The notes under the pieces: model-generated
Seen by the model: the letters and a program-made list of their open reading frames with translations, nothing else
Told to the model about the DNA's origin: nothing
Database searches by the model: none
DNA from: an uncultured Clostridia bacterium
Lineage (GTDB): Bacteria > Bacillota > Clostridia > TANB77 > UBA1234
Reading direction: 5' to 3'
NCBI GenBank assembly: GCA_947624765.1
Contig: CANQLS010000004.1
Location: 1-20,978, forward strand
DNA: 20,978 nt
Position numbers and translations under genes: made by a program
Part shown: positions 15,472-20,978 of the stretch, piece by piece
How the letters are laid out: each line of letters begins with the position of its first letter
Position numbering within the stretch: position 1 is the stretch's first letter

Positions 15472-15915
15472 GTGAATAATATTTTTAAATTTATTAGTAC
15501 CATTTTAATGGTTATCTTAATACTTATCTTAGTTTGGGTTCTTGTATCTTATTACAGAGAAGAACCTGTTACGTTTGTGTCGCCTACTAATAATATTAAT
15601 GTTGTAAGTACTGATCAAGTAGGTTCTATTGTAGATGAATTAGGAAAAGATGACAACAATACTCCAATTGATGATGTTACACCAATTGAAAATAATAAAA
15701 CATCTGAAGATAATTCACAAGAAAATATTCCAACTGAGCCAAATACAACAGATCCTTTGGTAATAGAATCTACTATTCCAACTTCTAATTCGGAAAAACA
15801 AGAAATTTTATCGGAAATTGATAAAACATTAATGGAGTTATTAGAAGTTGTTGATAAAGTTAAACCAATTGATGAAACTCGCTTAGAAGGTGGAGAAAGC
15901 GAGGTGCAAGAGTGA
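15472..15915 (+). CDS. Single-pass membrane protein with Asn/Thr/Pro/acidic extracytoplasmic region
   Basis: GTG start after GGCGGAAGG; N-terminal TM FKFISTILMVILILILVWVLVSYY, low-complexity linker, short C-terminal helix. Confidence 0.75.
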   Translation: MNNIFKFISTILMVILILILVWVLVSYYREEPVTFVSPTNNINVVSTDQVGSIVDELGKDDNNTPIDDVTPIENNKTSEDNSQENIPTEPNTTDPLVIESTIPTSNSEKQEILSEIDKTLMELLEVVDKVKPIDETRLEGGESEVQE

Positions 15916-16418
15916 AAAAGATAGCACTTTGCTTTATGATTATGACTTTATTTCTATTAGGAAGTTGTGTATTAGCTACAGAAGGTGAAACAGAAGATGA
16001 TGCACATATACCTTCTATGTCGGTTGAAGAATTTGTTATTATGACACAAGCAAAACAGGCTAAGGTAGATATTATTAAGAAAAACAACGTTGAAATGCAA
16101 GACTTAAAAGAAGAATTAAAAGAAAAAATTGTAAAGGCAGCAGAGAAGATTAATGCAATGAAAATTGAAATATCGCAAAATACTGTAGTTATAACAGAAG
16201 AACAGTTATCAGAATTAAAAGAACTCTTGCAATTTTTACAAGATTCGAAAGATACACTAGAAGTAGATGTAGAACGAACTTTAAGTGATATTGATAAAAT
16301 TTTAGATTTAATAGTAACAAAAGGTATGCAATTAGAACAATATGATAAATTGATAGAAAAACAAAATGATGTAATTGTGAAAATGAAAACAGTAATGGCT
16401 ACGGTGGAAAAAATATAA
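15912..16418 (+). CDS. Secreted lipoprotein-like helical protein
   Basis: MKKIALCFMIMTLFLLGSCVLA resembles a lipobox (LGSC); GTGA start/stop overlap with the upstream gene; remaining sequence predicted helical. Confidence 0.7.
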   Translation: MKKIALCFMIMTLFLLGSCVLATEGETEDDAHIPSMSVEEFVIMTQAKQAKVDIIKKNNVEMQDLKEELKEKIVKAAEKINAMKIEISQNTVVITEEQLSELKELLQFLQDSKDTLEVDVERTLSDIDKILDLIVTKGMQLEQYDKLIEKQNDVIVKMKTVMATVEKI

Positions 16419-16428
16419 GGAGAATACA

Positions 16429-17337
16429 ATGGGGTTTTTTGAAAAATTAAAACAGGGATTAACTAAAACAAAAGAAGCAATAAGTAATCAAATTAATAAT
16501 GTATTTAGTAATTTTAGAAAAGTAGACGAGGAGTTGCTTGAAGAACTAGAAGAAGCTTTAATTATGTCAGATGTAGGTGTAGAAACATCTGTAAAGATTA
16601 TTGATAATCTAAGAAATAGAATTAAATTAGAAAAAGTAGAAGATGCCGATAAGGTAAAAGAAGTTTTAAAAGAAGAAATCGCAAAGATTTTAAGTGAAAA
16701 AGATACAACACTTCATTTAGAAAATACGCCGGCTGTTATCTTAGTAGTTGGTGTAAATGGAGCAGGTAAGACTACGTCTATAGGTAAAATGGCAGCTAAT
16801 TTAAAAGCTGACGGGAAAAAAGTTTTAGTTGCAGCTGCAGATACATTTAGGGCTGCAGCAATTGATCAATTAGAGGTTTGGACTAACCGCGCACAAGTCG
16901 ATTTATTAAAACGTCCAGAAGGCTCTGATCCTGCATCTGTTGTATTTGATGCTGCAAGAAAAGCTAAAGAAGATAATTATGATGTTTTAATTGTAGACAC
17001 AGCAGGAAGGCTTCATAGTAAGAAAAATTTAATGGACGAATTAGGAAAAATGCAACGAGTGTTAGAAAAAGAATTACCAACTTCTTCACAAGAGGTACTT
17101 ATTGTGTTAGACGGTACAACGGGCCAAAATGCTCTAATACAAGCGAAAGAATTTGCTGAAGTAACAAATATTACAGGAATTATTTTAACAAAATTAGACG
17201 GTACTGCAAAAGGTGGTGTAGTAATAGGGATTTGTTCCGAATTAAATATGCCAGTTAAATTCATTGGAGTAGGAGAGCAAATTTCAGATTTGCAAGTATT
17301 TAATCCAAAAGATTTTGCAAATGCATTGTTAGAATAA
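16429..17337 (+). CDS. ftsY: Signal recognition particle receptor FtsY
   Basis: GVNGAGKTTSIGKMAANLKADGKKVLVAAADTFRAAAIDQLEVW, DTAGRLHSKKNLMDEL, TKLDGTAKGGVV, GVGEQISDLQVFNPKDFANALL. Confidence 0.97.
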   Translation: MGFFEKLKQGLTKTKEAISNQINNVFSNFRKVDEELLEELEEALIMSDVGVETSVKIIDNLRNRIKLEKVEDADKVKEVLKEEIAKILSEKDTTLHLENTPAVILVVGVNGAGKTTSIGKMAANLKADGKKVLVAAADTFRAAAIDQLEVWTNRAQVDLLKRPEGSDPASVVFDAARKAKEDNYDVLIVDTAGRLHSKKNLMDELGKMQRVLEKELPTSSQEVLIVLDGTTGQNALIQAKEFAEVTNITGIILTKLDGTAKGGVVIGICSELNMPVKFIGVGEQISDLQVFNPKDFANALLE

Positions 17338-17353
17338 ATTGAAAAGAATTGTT

Positions 17354-17388
17354 AAAAATACTCATTAGGTGATTTAATGAGTATTTTT
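17354..17388 (+). terminator. Terminator-like hairpin overlapping the start of the next gene
   Basis: AAAAATACTCATTA-GGTGATT-TAATGAGTATTTTT, perfect 14-bp stem ending in five Ts; ATG 17377 is inside the 3' arm. Confidence 0.7.
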
Positions 17389-17658
17389 CATAGTAAATTA
17401 GAAAAGAAGATTGATAAACTCTCTCAAAAAATTGAGATGATAAAAATAAATGAATATGTATTATTAATGCAGGATACAAAAAAACTTCTATGGAAAAATT
17501 TTTTAGCAGGAATAAGTAGAGGAATTGGTTCAGCAATTGGTTTTACTATTTTAGGTGCAATAGTATTACTTATTTTGCGAAAGCTTGTATTACTTAACAT
17601 ACCTGTCATTGGTAATTTTATAAAAGACATTATTGAAATTGTGGAGCAAAGAAAATAA
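17377..17658 (+). CDS. DUF5665-like membrane protein
   Basis: LLWKNFLAGISRGIGSAIGFTILGAIVLLILRKLVLLNIPVIGNFIKDIIEIV. Confidence 0.75.
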   Translation: MSIFHSKLEKKIDKLSQKIEMIKINEYVLLMQDTKKLLWKNFLAGISRGIGSAIGFTILGAIVLLILRKLVLLNIPVIGNFIKDIIEIVEQRK

Positions 17659-17680
17659 TGTACGACTTGGTCAAAACATA

Positions 17681-17709
17681 TTATCAAAATATTGGTATTA
17701 TGATATACT
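17681..17709 (+). promoter_or_regulatory. Putative promoter with inverted repeat over the -10
   Basis: TTATCA (17681-17686), 17 bp, TATACT (17704-17709); ATTGGTAT (17691-17698) / ATACTAAT (17705-17712). Confidence 0.5.
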
Positions 17710-17741
17710 AATACAAACATTCCAAATTTGAGGAGGAATAT

Positions 17742-19442
17742 ATGAAAAAAAATTTGTCCGTTATGGAGCCAGATAAATTTGATAATATGAAAGAATTAAT
17801 ACAAAATACAGTCAAAAAGTATCCTAATGATTTAGCCTTCAAATTGAAAATTAAAGATGGTAAATATCGTGAAATTACATATACAGAGTTTTATGAAAAT
17901 ATAGTATCATTTGGAGCATATCTTTTGGAAAAAGGTTATCAAGGTAAAAAGATAGCTTTGATTGGAAGAAATCGTTATGAATGGCTTCTTTCATATTTTG
18001 CAACACTTTGTGGTGTAGGAATTATCGTGCCTTTAGATAAAGGTCTTCCGCCTCAAGAAATTTCTTCTTCACTTAAGCGTAGCAATTGTGAAGTTATAAT
18101 TTTCGAATCTAAATATGAAGAAGTTATGAAAAATATTAAAGAAAATGAAAATACTACCGTAAAAGAATTTATTTGCATGGACGATAAAACAGAATTCATG
18201 CCTATTTCACGTTGCTTAGAAGAAGGAAGAAAATTATCACATAAAAAGTATTTAAATCAAAAAATAGATTCTGATGCACCAACTATTCATTTATATACTT
18301 CTGGAACTACTTCATCTTCAAAAGCAGTTATGCTTTCTCAAAAAAATGTAACTTCTAACGTAAGAGCTTTGTCATCTGCAGTAAAAAAACAAGAAAATGA
18401 TGTTGTAATTGCATTTTTACCTTTTCATCATACACTTGGTATGATAGGCACATTATATTGTTTGGCTTATGGAGTGCCACTTGTATTTTGTGATGGTTTA
18501 AGATACATTAAGCAAAACTTAGTTGAGTACGGTGTTACTGTATTTATATCAGTTCCACTTATTATTGAAAGTATGTATCAAAAAATTATGCAAGAGGTAG
18601 AGAAACAAGGAAAACTAAAAAAATTGAAATTTGGTATGATGATTTCAAAATTTTTGCAAAAGTTTGGAATTGATATAAGAAGAAAGTTATTTCAAGATGT
18701 TCTTAATGGCTTAGGCGGTAGATTAAGATTAATTGTAAATGGTGGAGCGGCAATTGAAAGAACTGCTTTGGAGGGCTTTAGAAATTTTGGTATAGAAACT
18801 TTGCAAGGCTATGGTTTAACTGAAACATCACCTATTTTAACTGTAGAGAGAATTGGAGAAACGAAACGCGACTCAGTAGGATATCCATTACCAGAGGTTG
18901 AAGTTGCAATTGAAAATCCAGATGAAAATGGTGTAGGCGAAATTAAAGCAAAAGGTCCTAACATTATGAAAGGCTATTATGAAAATGAAGAAATGACAAA
19001 TGAAGTATTAAAGGACGGTTGGTTTTATACAGGCGATTTGGGACGTATTGATAAAGATGGATTTTTATACATAACAGGCAGAAAGAAAAATGTTATTGTT
19101 TTGAAGAATGGAAAGAATGTATTTCCTGAAGAGTTAGAAACAGAATTATTGGGTTATCCTTATATTCTTGAAGCATTAGTTTATGATGTAATAGATAAAG
19201 AAAAAAATGTTACGCTAGGTGCAAAAATTGTATATAATAAGGAAATGTTTGCTGATAAAACGCCAGAAGAAATACAATCATTAATTTGGAAAGACATTAA
19301 AGATTTTAATAAAACAATGACAAACTATAAACATATTCAAGAAATTATTGTAACAGATGAACCAATGGAAAAGACTAGTACGAATAAGATTAAGAGATTT
19401 GTTGAGATAGAGAAGATTAGAAATTTAATGAATAATGGATAA
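17742..19442 (+). CDS. AMP-dependent synthetase / long-chain fatty acid-CoA ligase
   Basis: LYTSGTTSSSKAVMLSQ, LQGYGLTETSPILT, GWFYTGDLGRIDKDGFLYITGRKKNVIVLKNGKNVFPEELE; paralogue of 10328-12001. Confidence 0.93.
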   Translation: MKKNLSVMEPDKFDNMKELIQNTVKKYPNDLAFKLKIKDGKYREITYTEFYENIVSFGAYLLEKGYQGKKIALIGRNRYEWLLSYFATLCGVGIIVPLDKGLPPQEISSSLKRSNCEVIIFESKYEEVMKNIKENENTTVKEFICMDDKTEFMPISRCLEEGRKLSHKKYLNQKIDSDAPTIHLYTSGTTSSSKAVMLSQKNVTSNVRALSSAVKKQENDVVIAFLPFHHTLGMIGTLYCLAYGVPLVFCDGLRYIKQNLVEYGVTVFISVPLIIESMYQKIMQEVEKQGKLKKLKFGMMISKFLQKFGIDIRRKLFQDVLNGLGGRLRLIVNGGAAIERTALEGFRNFGIETLQGYGLTETSPILTVERIGETKRDSVGYPLPEVEVAIENPDENGVGEIKAKGPNIMKGYYENEEMTNEVLKDGWFYTGDLGRIDKDGFLYITGRKKNVIVLKNGKNVFPEELETELLGYPYILEALVYDVIDKEKNVTLGAKIVYNKEMFADKTPEEIQSLIWKDIKDFNKTMTNYKHIQEIIVTDEPMEKTSTNKIKRFVEIEKIRNLMNNG

Positions 19443-19479
19443 TTCATAATTTACTATATCTTTGGGGGGAATAAGAAAA

Positions 19480-20739
19480 ATGAAAATTGGTTTTGTGTCA
19501 TTAGGCTGTAGTAAAAATTTAGTTGATACAGAAAGAATGATAACATATTACAAAGAACAAGGTTATGAGGTGGTTAATATTCCACAAGAAGCAGATATTA
19601 TTGTGGTTAATACTTGTGGATTTATTGAAAGTGCAAAAAAAGAAGCAATTGATACAATTTTAGAAATGGCAGATTATAAAAATAATGGAAATTGTAAAAA
19701 GCTTATCGTGACAGGTTGTTTAGTGGAACGATATTATGAAGAACTACAAAAGGAATTACCAGAAGTAGATTTATTTATTCCGCTTCGTGATTATATGAAC
19801 GCTTTTCAAAATTTAGAAAAATATGAGAGGCAAATTACTACAGGAGAAAATTATGCATATCTTAAAATTGCAGAAGGATGTAGTAATAATTGTACATATT
19901 GTGCAATCCCGTTAATTAGAGGTCCTTATATTAGTAGACCGATGAATGATATTTTAGAAGAAGCAAAAACATTATCACAAAAAGGAATTCAAGAAATTAT
20001 TGTTATTGCACAGGACACAACTAAATATGGAATTGACTTATATGGAGAAAGTAAATTGCCTGAACTATTACAAGAGTTGTGCAAGTTTAATTTTAAATGG
20101 ATTCGTTTTTTATATGCTTATCCAGAAAGCATTACAGAAGAATTAATTCAAGTTGTAAAAAATAATCCAAAGATTTGCCATTACTTTGACATTCCTGTTC
20201 AACATATTTCTGACACTGTTTAGAAACGAATGAGTAGAAAAACGACAGGCGAAAGAATAAAAAATATTATTAAAAAAATACGTGAGGAAATTCCAGATGT
20301 TATTTTGAGAACATCATTAATAGTAGGTTTTCCTGGAGAAACTGAAGATGATTTTGAGGAATTAAAAAAATTTGTAAAAGATACAAAATGGGATAGATTA
20401 GGTGTATTTCCTTATTCAGCAGAAGATGGTACACCAGCAATAAAATTAAAAGAACATATTGATGATAAAACAAAACAAAAACGTTATCGTGAAATTATGC
20501 GAATACAAAAACGTATTTCTAATAAAAAGAATCAAGAGATGTTAGAAAAAGAATTATCTTGCATGATAGAAAATGAAACTGATGACGGAAAATATTATAT
20601 TGGAAGATCTTATCGTGATGTACCAGATGAAGATGGTGTAGTATTCATAAAAAAAGATAAAAAACATAAAAGTAAAGACTTTGTGAAAGTTCTAGTTACA
20701 GACTCAGCCGATTATGATTTAGTTGGTATTGAAAAGTAA
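19480..20739 (+). pseudogene. rimO: Ribosomal protein S12 methylthiotransferase RimO, interrupted by in-frame TAG at 20221-20223
   Basis: MKIGFVSLGCSKNLVDTERM, EGCSNNCTYCAIPLIRGPYISRP (CxxxCxxC radical SAM), YFDIPVQHISDTV*KRMSRKTTGERIKNII..RTSLIVGFPGETEDDF and a C-terminal TRAM-like region, all in one frame. Confidence 0.88.
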
Positions 20740-20795
20740 CATTGTTAATCAATTAAGAAAATATATTAATATATATGAAAGGAATGATTTTAAAA

Positions 20796-20978
20796 ATGAA
20801 TTTACCAAATAAGATTACTGTTTTTAGAATTCTATTAATACCTGTTATCATCATTGTTTCATTGATACCACAGACAAGTGTAGCCTTTTGGGGCATTACT
20901 TATTCTAATTTACTCATTTTAATATTATTTTTAATTGCTTCATTCACTGATTTTTTAGATGGATACTTGGCTAGAAAA
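20796..20978 (+). CDS. pgsA: CDP-diacylglycerol-glycerol-3-phosphate 3-phosphatidyltransferase (partial, runs off the window)
   Basis: MNLPNKITVFRILLIPVIIIV...LIASFTDFLDGYLARK, start of the CDP-alcohol phosphatidyltransferase motif. Confidence 0.88.
   Translation, partial: MNLPNKITVFRILLIPVIIIVSLIPQTSVAFWGITYSNLLILILFLIASFTDFLDGYLARK

Noticed and set aside
15860-16429. Minus-strand ORF of 189 aa
   Set aside because: Fully antisense to the exported protein gene at 15912-16418 with good coupling signals; no RBS or family resemblance.
20221-20223. TAG as a recoded sense codon
   Set aside because: TAG is the normal terminator of several genes here (e.g. 1656-1658, 6049-6051, 10310-10312, 14032-14034, 15439-15441), so genome-wide recoding is unlikely; no selenocysteine or pyrrolysine context.

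Overview
AT-rich Bacillota-type (Clostridia-like) chromosomal window. The left third (about 1-7200) is accessory. It holds chimeric gene scars (aldo/keto reductase + flavodoxin; flavodoxin + amidohydrolase), a RelE/ParE-type toxin-antitoxin pair, two GNAT acetyltransferases, a carboxymuconolactone-decarboxylase/TetR pair with two palindromic operators on its promoter, a VanZ-like gene without a canonical start at its Shine-Dalgarno, a frameshifted DUF3841-like gene, and a diverged ~95-105 bp repeat present twice. The right part is mostly core-type: FprA flavoprotein, a coiled-coil protein, TetR + acyl-CoA ligase, a hypothetical gene, an OmpR-family two-component system with two exported partners, ftsY, a DUF5665-like gene, a second acyl-CoA ligase, rimO interrupted by an in-frame TAG, and the start of pgsA. 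The strongest unexplained signals are: (1) two promoters with four 11-bp-period direct repeats of PhoP/WalR type, one before the two-component operon and one before hypothetical gene 12140-12889; (2) a 9-bp hairpin placed exactly between a strong SD and the start codon of that hypothetical gene; (3) a terminator-like hairpin after ftsY whose loop carries the SD and whose arm carries the start codon of the next gene; (4) repeated deletion-fusion scars in one gene neighbourhood. All calls are from reading sequence only; no database search was run.
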